Assembly: GCA_963817895.1 (NCBI GenBank)
Contig: CAWFQB010000004.1
Coordinates: 800,001-864,000 of the forward strand
Reading direction: 5' to 3'
DNA from: an uncultured Chthonomonadaceae bacterium
GTDB lineage: Bacteria; Armatimonadota; Chthonomonadetes; Chthonomonadales; Chthonomonadaceae
Length of the DNA: 64,000 bases
In this document: positions 51,840 to 62,156 of the stretch, in pieces
Layout of the letters: each line of letters begins with the position of its first letter
Position numbering within the stretch: position 1 is the first letter of the stretch
Notes under the pieces: model-generated
Database searches by the model: none
Told to the model about the DNA's origin: nothing
The model's input: the letters and a program-made list of their open reading frames with translations, nothing else
Program-made: the position numbers and the translations under genes

Positions 51840-52391
51840 CTATGCTTCCAAAAGCAATTGTTCGCGCAGGCGTTCCAGAGTACCCCTGACGCTGCCGTCT
51901 ATGATATTATCCTGCATACGGACGACCACGCCGCCCAGGATTTCGGGATCAACGCGCGTGGCAAGCTGAACATGCATGCCTGTTCGCTGTTCCAGACTGC
52001 GGATGAGAGCGGTTTGCTCGTCGGGCGTGGGCGCGACGGCGAATGTGGCTTCGGCGCGAACCAGGTGGCGGGCGGTATCGGCAAGCTGGCGCATTTCCAG
52101 TTCTACGCTCGGCAAAACGTCTTCGCGCCGCTTGTCAATGAGCAGATGCAGAAACGAAAGCGTAAGGCTGTCTATGGAATTGCCCAGCGTTTTTTGAATC
52201 ACATCGCGCTTGCGGCTGGCGGGAATCAGCGGGCTATGCCACAAATCTGTCAGGGCGGGCATTTGCCGCATCAAGTCCATGACGTTGTGAACGTCTTTTT
52301 CTACCTGATCCAGGCTGCCGGCGTTCTGCGCGGCGGCAAACAGCGCGGTCGCGTAGCGCCTGGCAGCGCGGATGTCTTGTCCTCCAGCCAT
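51840..52391 (-). CDS. atpH: ATP synthase delta subunit
   Basis: ARRYATALF, VDPEILGGVVV, IDGSVRGTL. Confidence 0.95.
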   Translation of the reverse strand: MAGGQDIRAARRYATALFAAAQNAGSLDQVEKDVHNVMDLMRQMPALTDLWHSPLIPASRKRDVIQKTLGNSIDSLTLSFLHLLIDKRREDVLPSVELEMRQLADTARHLVRAEATFAVAPTPDEQTALIRSLEQRTGMHVQLATRVDPEILGGVVVRMQDNIIDGSVRGTLERLREQLLLEA

Positions 52392-52393
52392 GC

Positions 52394-53167
52394 TTACGCT
52401 TCCTCCTGCCCGGTCGGGGCATTGAAACTGGTAAAATCGGGAAACGTGGTATCTTCCGTCGTAGTTGTGCCACTTGACGGCGTTCCGAATGACATAGCTC
52501 CCGATGTTAAGGGCGCAACGGGTGGCTGGTCGTCGGTGGCTGGCGACTGGCTGACTGCCCCGGCAGTTACCAGTTGCGACTGAACAATTGTGGGCGCGGC
52601 GGGCAGCACTGAAGAGGGCATACCGTTGTTTTGTTCGCTCCGGCCCTCATTGCCTTTATCGGCGACCTGCGCAATGAAGTTGTGGATGAGATTGCGCTGT
52701 ACCTGGTCATTGTTCTGCGCGCGAATGGCCTGTTCCGCCGCGTCAAGCGTGATTTGTACCATCTGCTGACGCATGATAATGCGCTGGCGTGTGCGTTCGC
52801 GTTCGATCTCTTCCTCGCCTCGCCGCTGAACCAGATGCGCGGCCTCGTTCGCGTCGGCAATGATGTCAGCGCGGGCGTTGTCGGCGTCACGAACGGCGGC
52901 GGCAATGCGTTCCCGCTGTTCCGCCTCGATACCAGCAATACGATTGGCATAATCGGTACGCAACTGCGCAATGTCGCGCAACTGGCGGTCAATCTGCGTC
53001 GTCTCGGTTTCGATGCGGGTGGCGCGGTCAGTCAGCATGCTCTTCGCGCCGGGAACCGCAAAGCGGTACAGCAGCAACGCCAACAAAATCAGACCGACAA
53101 GCGTTGCCAGCAGGTCTTTAGGATGCTCTACCAGAAATGGACCAAAACCAAAAGGATGTGCAGGCAC
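52394..53167 (-). CDS. atpF: ATP synthase Fo subunit b with low-complexity C-terminal extension
   Basis: N-terminal TM, coiled coil, operon position. Confidence 0.85.
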   Translation of the reverse strand: MPAHPFGFGPFLVEHPKDLLATLVGLILLALLLYRFAVPGAKSMLTDRATRIETETTQIDRQLRDIAQLRTDYANRIAGIEAEQRERIAAAVRDADNARADIIADANEAAHLVQRRGEEEIERERTRQRIIMRQQMVQITLDAAEQAIRAQNNDQVQRNLIHNFIAQVADKGNEGRSEQNNGMPSSVLPAAPTIVQSQLVTAGAVSQSPATDDQPPVAPLTSGAMSFGTPSSGTTTTEDTTFPDFTSFNAPTGQEEA

Positions 53168-53187
53168 GATGGAAACTCCATCTTCAA

Positions 53188-53313
53188 GGTAGGGAGTAGG
53201 GAGTAGGGAGCAGGAAGTAGAAAAACCTGTTTTTTGCTTTTTAGCAGAAATCGTGGACGGACAAACGCCGTATTGTGGCTTTTCTACTCCCTGCTCCCTA
53301 CTCCCTACTCCCT
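53188..53313. repeat. Inverted heptamer repeat (AGGGAGT)n ... (ACTCCCT)n
   Basis: Directly visible between the two b-subunit genes. Confidence 0.85.
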
Positions 53314-53818
53314 ACGCAATGGGTGTATTCTGCGCGATGCGCGTTTCGATGGTCTGGCGCAGGGCGGCGGTGTCGCCGGTGGAACCTAACGCGCTGTTGG
53401 CGGCGTTGGACGCGATACCGACGAGACGCGGGCGAAGGTCTTGAAACGCCTGAAGCTTTTCGCGCTGCATGTCGGCAACGCCCTGCTTCAGAATGGCGTC
53501 GGTTTGGGCGCGGGCATCGGTCAAAATGCGTTCGCGTTCTGTTTGCGCGGCTTTGATAGCGCCCTGAATGTGCGAACGCGCTTCGGCTTCGATCTGCGTG
53601 ATGCGTACCTGATAATCGGCCCGCAAACGCTCCATTTCGCGCTCGGTTTCATCTACGCGGCGGTGCGCGTCGGCGTTTTCACGGTCACGGCCTGCCAGAT
53701 GCGCCATCATCGGCTTCCAGAAAACCGCGTTCATGGCAAGCAGCAGGCCAAGAAACAACACGAGTTGCAGTAGGAAAATTTTAGGATCGAAGCGCAGGGC
53801 TTCTGTAATCGCTTGCAT
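53312..53818 (-). CDS. ATP synthase Fo subunit b/b' (second peripheral stalk subunit)
   Basis: FLLQLVLFLGLLLAMNAVFWKP, then coiled coil; between atpE and atpF. Confidence 0.88.
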   Translation of the reverse strand: MQAITEALRFDPKIFLLQLVLFLGLLLAMNAVFWKPMMAHLAGRDRENADAHRRVDETEREMERLRADYQVRITQIEAEARSHIQGAIKAAQTERERILTDARAQTDAILKQGVADMQREKLQAFQDLRPRLVGIASNAANSALGSTGDTAALRQTIETRIAQNTPIA

Positions 53819-54013
53819 GCGTCTCCTTTGCTTTGATCTGGGGTGGGCCGCAGTCCAATAATAGCCCTCAACCCCTAACCCCTTCCCCCATGTTGCGTAT
53901 TTCTGCTTCGCTTTGGAAATACGCTATGTGGGAGAAGGGGAACCATGAAGACTAGGTTCTGAGTTGGACTGCGGCGGCTGCGCTCCCCAAAACCGGAAAG
54001 CGAAAGTTACGTA

Positions 54014-54301
54014 TTAGCGGCCCATCGAAGACGACTGACCACTGGCCGCGTTGAGGGCGGCGGTGGTGTCAGGCAGTTTGCCGATGAGCAGGAAGAAGAC
54101 CAGCAGGGTGAAGATGACCAGCGACTCGATAAACGCGAAGCTGAGGATCATCGCCGTCTGAATGCGGCCCGTCTGCTCCGGCTGGCGAGCCATGCTTTCC
54201 AGACCGGCGGCAGCGGCGCGTCCCTGACCGGCAGCAGCCGAAAGAACCGCGACGGGAACGCCAAAACCAAGAGCGAGAGCCAGCGCCATGAAGTAAATCA
54301 T
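54014..54301 (-). CDS. atpE: ATP synthase Fo subunit c
   Basis: GQG...ARQPE loop, conserved Glu in FIESL. Confidence 0.95.
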   Translation of the reverse strand: MIYFMALALALGFGVPVAVLSAAAGQGRAAAAGLESMARQPEQTGRIQTAMILSFAFIESLVIFTLLVFFLLIGKLPDTTAALNAASGQSSSMGR

Positions 54302-54360
54302 TGTGTTTGCTTCCTTCTCTGTCCTGCGGACAGTAATCAAGTGGGTAATGAAACCGAAAG

Positions 54361-55286
54361 TTAAGCGCGGGGATAGGTGTATCCCGGCTCGTTGGAGTGA
54401 CCGTGATGCCCGTCGTCTATCGCGCCCTCCTCGCCATGCGGCCCCTCATGTTCGTGATGGGATACCAGCGAGATATAGATGCAGGTGAGCATCGAGAAAA
54501 CCAGCGCCTGTACGCCCGCCGTCAGCAGCGACAGCAGCAGAACAGGGAACTGTACCGGGAACAGGCCGAAGAGCGTGGAACCCGTCAGTTGCAGGGCCAG
54601 CCCGGTCAGAACGATGATAATAACGTCTTCGCCAAAGATGTTGCCGAACAACCGGATAGCAAGCGTGAACGGCTTGACGAGTTCGGAAATCAGTTCAATA
54701 GGGAACATCAGGGGCGCAAGCATCGGCATGGGACCCGCAAAATGCTTTAAGTGACCGCCAACCCCGTTTTGTCGCATCCCCTCATACTGCACATAGACAA
54801 ACACGATAACGCCAAGCGCGAGCGTAAGGGACAGGTTAGCGGTGGGGGAATGGAAGCCCGGCAGCAATCCCCACAGGTTAGATAGCAGAATGTAGAGGAA
54901 AATCGTGCCGACGAGGGGCGTGTACTTTTCGCCACCCGGCCCGATGATGCCGGTCGTGAAACCGTTCATAGACTCGACAATGTATTCTCCCACATTTTGC
55001 AGGCTCAATCCGCGTGGTATCCGCTGCAAACTGCGCCGCGCGAACAGCGCAAACCCGATCATCAGCAGCGCGACAACCAGCGAATTCCAGAGCAGCAGAT
55101 CGGGCGCGGGCAGTTCACCCGCAGGCGGTTCGGCTTCCGCTTCCGTTGTGCCCGTATGCGTTTCCGCTTTGCCTTCGGCGCGGCGCGTTTCGCCCTGCGC
55201 GATCATAATGCGCTTCTGGCCGATTACGGGGTACGTGCCGATCTGGCGTTGGGTAGTTCCAGTTTTGCGTCATGCTGTGGAGGCAT
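54361..55286 (-). CDS. atpB: ATP synthase Fo subunit a; probable frameshift near 55262
   Basis: NLWGLLPG, PTANL, PIELISEL, LAIRLFGNIFGE, VQALVFSML; RBS-preceded ATG 55286 is out of frame with the main ORF. Confidence 0.95.
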
Positions 55287-55356
55287 AAGTGTCCTCAATT
55301 TGCTGTAGCGGCGTCAAAGATTATTACTATCGACGCTGCAACGAAATATCGGACTG

Positions 55357-55952
55357 TCAACCATCAACCAAAAACTTGCTAACCCTAGTTCCGGCGCGAA
55401 CTCCGGCGATACTTTGCGTAGCGTTCGCGGCTTTACCTGAATTGTGACCGGTTCTCGGTTCGGCTTCGGCTGCCGGTTCCGCTTCCTCAACCGGGGCTGG
55501 CTGCCTCGCGGAAGAGTAGTCGTTCCGCAAATTGCCTATAGCCTTCATGGTAATCGCGATGGGGGTCAGGCAGATGCCCGCGCAGCACGCCATCGCGGAA
55601 ACACCGGGCAGATGGGTCGCCAGATACAGCCCCATGCAGAAAATCGGCAGTTTCATAAACAGCGTCACAATCATCAGCAGGGACATGTGACGCGGCGCGC
55701 CCGACCAGGTGAGAAAAGGTACGGCAAGCATCAGCGAAATCATGCTGAACAGCGACAGCAGACGCGCCAATGAGAAATCCCCAGGCCCAATTCGTATGAT
55801 GGCTGCCGCAGCAGAGTACGAAAACAAGCAGCCCAAGCCAGAGGCTTGTTTTTACCGAACGAAGGCAGATGGTACTATCCTGCGTCTCTGGCCGCTTTCT
55901 CTGGTTGCGCAGTGTCAGGTGACTGCGTTTCGGACGTAGGATGGTTTGACAT
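55357..55952 (-). CDS. atpI: ATP synthase protein I-like membrane protein (two frameshifts)
   Basis: Four TM segments split over ORFs 55487..56011 and 55357..55836; directly upstream of atpB. Confidence 0.6.
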
Positions 55953-56044
55953 GAAATCCTCAATGGCAATCGGCCTTCATTATGACACAACACGCGCCGA
56001 TTCCGATACAATTTGCAAAATGTTTGTTTTCTTTCCCGATTGGG

Positions 56045-56422
56045 CTATTTGGGCTTGTCCTGATCGTTCATTTTGTTGATGACGTTGAGCAGACTGACAA
56101 CCCCTACAACAAACCCCAGGATAAAGAACACGACCATAATCAGGCCGTTTTTGTGAAAGCGATTTTCCAAAAACCAGCCGAGCAGTCCGAACAGAATAAT
56201 CGGCATGATGAACGAGGACGCGGCCTGGTAAGCCAGCGCGGAACCCCGAATATCAGGCGCGCTGGACGCGCCGGGTTTTGGCCGGTTCGGATGCGGCGGC
56301 AAATCCACCTTGATCCTGGGCGGTTCCGGCACATCATGCGGCAACTGCGGCACGGCTGGAAACCGTTTTAGCAGGGCATCCTCTTCGTCTTCTTCCGGCT
56401 GATTGTTCGGATTATCGGTCAT
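56045..56422 (-). CDS. AtpZ/AtpI family small membrane protein
   Basis: Two TM helices (PIILFGLLGWFLENRF...FILGFVVG); first gene of the atp cluster. Confidence 0.8.
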   Translation of the reverse strand: MTDNPNNQPEEDEEDALLKRFPAVPQLPHDVPEPPRIKVDLPPHPNRPKPGASSAPDIRGSALAYQAASSFIMPIILFGLLGWFLENRFHKNGLIMVVFFILGFVVGVVSLLNVINKMNDQDKPK

Positions 56423-56616
56423 AATCAGTGATCTGAATAGTTTGTGATGAATTTCACAACCTGCGCTGCAAATACGCGATAGGGGAGAATGGAAACCCAA
56501 TTTGCGCTTTTTACGCGCAACCTCAACTGGCAAATAGATTATTCAGTTATCCGCGCGCATGTCCTTCAAGTTCGCTTTCACATCCTTTGAAGGACATTGT
56601 GAATTCTCTCACAGAT

Positions 56617-56646
56617 AGTATAACACATACCTTTCGGCAGTGTCAA
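56617..56646 (-). promoter_or_regulatory. Sigma70 promoter of the atp operon
   Basis: TTGACA-N18-TATACT on the minus strand. Confidence 0.7.
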
Positions 56647-56812
56647 CGCTAATTTCACCATAACAGGCGATTAGTTGTAAATATTTTGCGCCTGAAAGAA
56701 GCAAGGCGCGAAAAACGTTTTGCGTTGTTCGCGCCCTGCGGTCAAACATATTCTAAAGAAGAGGACACAACATGTTGTGTCCCTACGAACGCTTAATGCA
56801 ACCGTATTGTTC

Positions 56813-57983
56813 CTAATCCTTCGGGGTGAGCAGGTAGGCGTGAATGGAGTTGCCGACGACGCCATAACCCGCAATCTGGCCTTTCTCGTTGATGCCGCCT
56901 GCTACGATGAGTTGCCAGCCGGAACCGGAGGGGAGAAGGGTGTTGATGTCGGTGGTTTTGCCGTTTGCCCACAGGGTAGCGCGGAACACGCCACTGGCGG
57001 TTTCCGCTCCGCCCACAACCTGCCCCCTGCTATTGACGCCAAGCGCAAGGCTATTTTCGCCGCCCAATGTGCCGAGGTCTTTGATGCCGTCTGGCTGCCA
57101 GGCATAGCCGTGTACGGTTTCATCCCCTTTGAGGGTGGAGTAACCGACGACATGTGCCTTGTTGCTGATGCCGGTGGGACTGGAGAACGTGCCGCCAAGC
57201 GATGGAATGGCGCGGGACTGCTTGCCGCTCAACACAAATGTATGCACGCTTTCGCCATCTTCGGTAAAAATGCCGGCAATGTCGCTGTTATCGTTGATGA
57301 CTCTTGCGCCATTGTACTTGCCGGGGCAGGACGCGCTGATGTCGCGCATATTGCCCTCTTTCCACACGAACGCATGGGGAAGCCCCCCGGACGTAACGGA
57401 AATTCCAACTACTTCGCCCTTGTTGTTGATGCCATTCGCGGCGCTGAATTGTCCGCCAAGTGTGCCGAGTCGCGTCATTTTGCCGTTTTGCCAGACGAAG
57501 CCGCGAATTTGCCCGCCGCTGATGTCGGCAATTCCGACGACCTGCCCATTGTCATTAAGGCCGTTCGCGATGCTGAACTCGCCGCCAAGTGTGCCGATGT
57601 CGGTCATTTTGCTGCCGGAGTAGAAAAAGCCATGCACTTTTTCAAACTCTTCATCCGCGATTTCGCCCGATACCTGGCCTTTGTTGTTGACTTTATCGGC
57701 GAAACTGTACTCGTAGCCCGACACCACGCCAAGATCGGTGATGGAGTACGCGGCGCGAATAACTGGCTGAGAACCTCCGCGTCGTAAGGTGACAGGTGAC
57801 GGGCCAGAGCGTGAAAGCGCCTGCCGCCATTGCCAGCGTCAGAACCGCGAGGGTGGGACGGCGTTTGAAGTGGTACAGCCAGTAGCCCGCCAGATACAGG
57901 CCGACGACAAGGTAGCCGATGTTGCCGTGCCTGCGCAGCAGTCTGCGAAGTGGGACGGAGTTCAGAAATGGAACAGAATTCAT
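56813..57983 (-). CDS. HAF-type extracellular repeat protein with N-terminal membrane segments; frameshift near 57785
   Basis: Repeats DLGTLGG.S.A..IN..GQVVG....HAF.W; N-terminus in ORF 57693..57983. Confidence 0.82.
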
Positions 57984-58005
57984 GGCACTGTGACCTTTCT
58001 GCTGA

Positions 58006-59418
58006 TTAGCGCGGCATGTAGACCGCTTTTTGCGCCGACGCTTTATTCTGAGACGCGGCTACGAGGGTTGTTAGTTTCGTCAATGTGGCGAGTTGCTGCT
58101 GCTGCGCCTGTTTTAGCGCAGCCAATTCCGCGTTCTGCTTTTGCAGGGCTGTTTTCAGCGTTGTAATTTCTGATCTCTGGTCTTCAGACTGATGGTGGGC
58201 TTTCTGAAGTTCGTTGAGCAGCATGGGCGTGAGCAGGTGGTAGTAGATGGTAAAGGGCTTGCCCTCTTTATCGTACTGCACGAGGTCAGGATAAACCTTT
58301 GCCACCTCTTCGGCAATCAGGCCGTATTGAAGCGCGTGGGCTCCCTTTTCCGCCGTGTCTTTGTATCGGAACGTAACGGGGCGCAGTTGCATCAGTTTGT
58401 CGCTGACATTGCCCATGTCCTGAATGGCGTCCTTGAAGCGGCGCGAAGAGGCAATTGTGCCGAGTTGCCCGTTCGCGTTGATGTAGACCGGGACGCCGCC
58501 GTTTGCCGTGACGCCGTTGATGCCCGCAATGTAGGCGGAATTTTGCAGACCGACTGTTCCGAGGCGAATAACTCCGGTTTCCCCTGTTGCGCCCGGATTG
58601 CCGATAGCGATGTTATTGTGGCCGGTGGTAAGCTTCTGGCCCGCGCCGAACCCTAACGCGACATTGTTATTGCCGGTCGTGTTGTTCAGGAGGGCGTAGT
58701 CGCCACTGGCCGTGTTGTAGGAACCCGACGTGTTGGAGGAGAGGGTATTCGCGCCGTTGGCAATGTTGTAATAACCCGTAGTGTTGGAGTAGAGGGCAGA
58801 GATGCCGTTGGCGATATTTTGTTCCCCGGAGATATTGGAGAAGAGAGCATAAGAACCGTTGGCCGTGTTGTAATTCCCGGTGGTGTTGGAGTTAAGGGCC
58901 TGATAACCAGTGGCGGTGTTGTTGAAAGCGGTAGTGTTGGAGATGAGCGCTTGACAACCATTGGCGGTGTTGTAATTTCCGGTGGTGTTGGACTGGAGAG
59001 CTAGACCCCCATTGGCCGTGTTGTAATAGCCGGTGGTATCAAGTTGAAGGGCTCGATAACCAGTGGCGGTGTTGCTGGAGCCATTGTTGGAGTAGAGGGC
59101 TTGTGAGCCATTGGCGGTGTTGGCACCACCGGTGGTGTTGGAGTAGAGAGCTTGAGAACCGTTGGCGGTGTTGCCGAAACCATAGATATTGGAGAGGAGG
59201 GCTTGAAAACCAGAGGCAGTGTTGTCATAGCCGATGTTGTTGGAGTTGAGGGCCTGGTAGCCAAGAGCTACATTAGAAGTTCTTGTGGCGGAGTTTGTTG
59301 ATCCGCCGGAAGCGAAAAAGGTTTGCTCATGCGAAATCAGCGGCACGACTAGCAGAGCGGATACAAGGGCGGCTTGCAGCAGGCCGGACCAAAACGGTTG
59401 GCGCGATTGGATGTTCAT
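58006..59418 (-). CDS. Exported repeat protein with C-terminal peptidase S74 (intramolecular chaperone) domain and coiled coil
   Basis: Signal peptide; about 13-14 repeats of NTA.G..AL..NTTG (14 aa); SSRRFKD...LRPVTFRYK...YGLIAEEV. Confidence 0.87.
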   Translation of the reverse strand: MNIQSRQPFWSGLLQAALVSALLVVPLISHEQTFFASGGSTNSATRTSNVALGYQALNSNNIGYDNTASGFQALLSNIYGFGNTANGSQALYSNTTGGANTANGSQALYSNNGSSNTATGYRALQLDTTGYYNTANGGLALQSNTTGNYNTANGCQALISNTTAFNNTATGYQALNSNTTGNYNTANGSYALFSNISGEQNIANGISALYSNTTGYYNIANGANTLSSNTSGSYNTASGDYALLNNTTGNNNVALGFGAGQKLTTGHNNIAIGNPGATGETGVIRLGTVGLQNSAYIAGINGVTANGGVPVYINANGQLGTIASSRRFKDAIQDMGNVSDKLMQLRPVTFRYKDTAEKGAHALQYGLIAEEVAKVYPDLVQYDKEGKPFTIYYHLLTPMLLNELQKAHHQSEDQRSEITTLKTALQKQNAELAALKQAQQQQLATLTKLTTLVAASQNKASAQKAVYMPR

Positions 59419-59600
59419 GAAAAACTCCTTCTCGGTTCGAGGAACAGGGCAGATCGGGATAGCGAAACAATCGTATGATGAATACGAGCAGCCGATTGCG
59501 ACAACTACAACAAATACGCGGAAAATGCGGAAAAGTTTAACTCTCACCCCCGGCCCCTCGCCCAAAAACATGGGAGAGGGGAGAAATGAGCGCGAAAACA

Positions 59601-59626
59601 AAAAGGCTGGTCGTGTGACCAGCCTT
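59601..59626 (-). terminator. Terminator downstream of tRNA-Leu
   Basis: AAGGCTGGTC-acac-GACCAGCCTT followed by TTT on the minus strand. Confidence 0.75.
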
Positions 59627-59658
59627 AATACTTTAGTCTATCTATCTTTTGCGGAAGA

Positions 59659-59741
59659 TGCCCAAGAGAGGAGTCGAACCTCCACGCCCTTGCGAGCACT
59701 GGCACCTGAAGCCAGCGTGTCTGCCATTTCACCACCTGGGC
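59659..59741 (-). tRNA. tRNA-Leu (anticodon CAG); CCA not encoded
   Basis: GCCCAGGTGGTGAAATGGCAGACACGCTGGCTTCAGGTGCCAGTGCTCGCAAGGGCGTGGAGGTTCGACTCCTCTCTTGGGCA: cloverleaf with long variable arm and GTTCGA T-loop. Confidence 0.96.
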
Positions 59742-59944
59742 CTATCGAACTTAGGAACACAACATCCATTTCATTCAGGTTGATATATTATGCGGCCTAT
59801 GGTACAATTTGTCAAGACTGTAGGCGAACAAAGTAGAAACGAAAATGTTCGTTCTCACAGGCGCATAATTTAAGGGTGGGCGAACAGCGCAACGTATCTA
59901 TCCGCGCAAAAGCGTTGCTTGCAAAAGATTGGGAACCGTGACGC

Positions 59945-60904
59945 TTGATTCTCACTGTGACGCCAAATCCGTGCGTGGACAAAACGTACTGCGTGGATGG
60001 GTTTGAAGTGGATCGCGTCAACCGTCCGCAACAGACGTTTACGGGCGCGGGCGGCAAGGGAATCAATGTAGCCCGCGTGTATCAGACTTTAGGCGGGCAA
60101 GCCATCGTGACAGGTTTTCTCGGCGGCAGCAACGGGTGGATTGTGACGCGGGCGCTGGCGAGGGAACATATCAAGAACGAGTGCGTGAGCGTGGCCGGGG
60201 AAACGCGCCTGTGTATCGCCATCATCGACTCCCGAACCGGGACGCAAACGGAGATCAACGAGCGGGGGGCGGTGGGCAAAGACAACATCTCCGAACTTTT
60301 ACGGCGCGTGGAGCGTCTGTTGTCACAAATGCCCTTTCGTTTTGTCGTATTGAGTGGCAGCCTGCCGCCGGACGCGCCGGACACGATGTACGCGGATTTA
60401 ATCGGCATTTGTCGCAAAAAAGGAATTCGCGCCGCGCTGGATACCAGTGGCGCGGCACTGAAGCAGGGGTTGCTGGCCTGTCCCTGGATGGTCAAGCCGA
60501 ACCAAACGGAACTGGAAACCGCGCTGAATATTTCGCTGGACAGTCCGCAATCCGCGATTGATGCCGCGCAATATCTGCATAACGAGTATAATGTAGCGGT
60601 TGTGGCGCTGACGCGGGGCGCGGAGGGCGCAGTTCTAACAGCGCGGGGTGAAACCTGGCTGGCCGTGCCGCCGTCCATAGAATTTGCAAGCGCGGTGGCA
60701 TCAGGCGATTCTTTTCTGGCGGCGTTTTTGTGGGCATGGTCACACGGCGAACGTCCGGGCGACCCGGAGTACGCGCTGCAACTGGCAGTCGGCGCGGGCG
60801 CGGCCAATGCCGCTGTTATCGGGGCCGGGTTTTGTACGCGCGAACAAATTTTAACCCAAACGGAACGAGTAGAGGTGTGTCGTCATGCTGGCTTTTATAG
60901 ATAG
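59945..60904 (+). CDS. 1-phosphofructokinase/LacC family hexose kinase (PfkB family)
   Basis: ILTVTPNPCVD, AGGKGINVA, LSGSLPP, VKPNQTEL, SGDSFLA. Confidence 0.92.
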   Translation: MILTVTPNPCVDKTYCVDGFEVDRVNRPQQTFTGAGGKGINVARVYQTLGGQAIVTGFLGGSNGWIVTRALAREHIKNECVSVAGETRLCIAIIDSRTGTQTEINERGAVGKDNISELLRRVERLLSQMPFRFVVLSGSLPPDAPDTMYADLIGICRKKGIRAALDTSGAALKQGLLACPWMVKPNQTELETALNISLDSPQSAIDAAQYLHNEYNVAVVALTRGAEGAVLTARGETWLAVPPSIEFASAVASGDSFLAAFLWAWSHGERPGDPEYALQLAVGAGAANAAVIGAGFCTREQILTQTERVEVCRHAGFYR

Positions 60905-61394
60905 TCCCATACAATTGCTGTTGGCCGCTGTGGTCATTCTGGTGGTGTTCGGGCCGCAGAAACTGCCCGAAATCGCGGGGCAGATTGGTCGCGCCCTGCG
61001 TGAACTCAAGCGCACAACGGGGGATTTGCAGGATTCGTTTAATCTTGACAACAACCATCGTTATGACCAGCACTATGACCCGCCGCACTATGACAGCTAC
61101 GGCAACCCGACCGCGAGTACGGACACCACAACGCCGAGCGTGCCGGAAAGCGATGTGTGGCAGCCGTCCACGCCCGAAACCAAGTCTATCGCCTCGTCCG
61201 CCAGCGAACCCGTACACGGGGATTTTGCCGCTTCCGCGCTTTCGGAGGGCAGCAACGATTATGTGTACGGAGTGACTGCCCCCTCCAATAGTGGAGCCTC
61301 CGCGTATGCCACGCCTTCCACTGCGGGAAGCGCGAACGGAATGGGTACGGCGCACGCGAGCGTATCGGATGTCGGCGTTTCGGCGCATATCTGA
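60885..61394 (+). CDS. TatA/TatB family translocase subunit (TatB-like)
   Basis: VILVVFGPQKLPEIAGQIGRALRELK plus long polar tail. Confidence 0.88.
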   Translation: MLAFIDSPIQLLLAAVVILVVFGPQKLPEIAGQIGRALRELKRTTGDLQDSFNLDNNHRYDQHYDPPHYDSYGNPTASTDTTTPSVPESDVWQPSTPETKSIASSASEPVHGDFAASALSEGSNDYVYGVTAPSNSGASAYATPSTAGSANGMGTAHASVSDVGVSAHI

Positions 61395-61470
61395 GAATTC
61401 TGTGTTTGGTTTGTTTCCGGCGCATTGCCCTCTTCGGCAGCCCGATGAAGGATGAAGGAGAATCGTTACT

Positions 61471-61706
61471 ATGGTTACTCTCGCGAACATTATGAACAAC
61501 CCGACAGGCTTGATTATCCTGATCCTCGTCGTGGTTCTGCTTTTCGGCAGCCAGAAAATTCCCGAACTGAGCGAAAAGCATCGGCCAGGGCTAAGAAGGG
61601 ATTTGAAGAGGGCCTGAAGCCGGAAGATGATGAACTGCGCAAGGAACGCGAGCGTGAGACGGAAATCCGCCGACGTGTCGAAGAAGAGATGCGCGCCGGT
61701 AAGTAA
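61471..61706 (+). CDS. tatA: TatA family translocase subunit (frameshifted)
   Basis: AAGGAG RBS; LIILILVVVLLFGSQKIPEL / KSIGQ / KKGFEEGL. Confidence 0.8.
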
Positions 61707-61750
61707 ACACAAGCCTTTCACATAGAATTGGCAGGAGAATTGGTACGGAC

Positions 61751-61990
61751 ATGCACGTTTTGACTATACTGTTAAGCATCATAGAGTTTTTTGTAGCAAT
61801 TTCGCTGATTGCTATTGTGACGATGCAGGAGAGCAAGAACGACGGCCTACAGGGTCAGATTGGCACGGCGGCAACGTCGGCCTTCAAAGGCAAAGCGGGC
61901 CGCGAAGAGAAGCTGAACCTGCTGACCCGCAACATCAGCATCGTGTTTCTGGTGTTGTGCGTGATACTGGCGTACCTTGCCCACGCCTGA
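61751..61990 (+). CDS. secG: Preprotein translocase subunit SecG
   Basis: 79 aa; LIAIVTMQESKNDGL.G, LNLLTR, two TM segments. Confidence 0.9.
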   Translation: MHVLTILLSIIEFFVAISLIAIVTMQESKNDGLQGQIGTAATSAFKGKAGREEKLNLLTRNISIVFLVLCVILAYLAHA

Positions 61991-62156
61991 CGCGCGCCTG
62001 CAAATTTGGACTGCGTAAACACTCCACGCGAGACAAACACAAACGTTTTCTCGCGTGGTTTGTCGTTTGGCGCAGGGTTTGCGTATGTTCGTGAAGCCAT
62101 TTGCCGCTGCATCACGTACCACACATCAATACCAACTACTGAGGAGTCCTGCCGCT

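Noticed and set aside
54014..54301. Possible Na+-coupled c subunit (Gln in GQG plus ES)
   Set aside because: The Thr and Tyr of the full Na+ signature are replaced by Leu and Phe (ESLVIF), so ion specificity cannot be called
58660..59280. 42-bp periodic repeats
   Set aside because: They encode the 14-aa NTA.G..AL repeats of the S74 protein; not CRISPR or a non-coding satellite
56813..59418. Prophage at tRNA-Leu
   Set aside because: No integrase, terminase, capsid genes or att duplication; the S74 protein has a signal peptide
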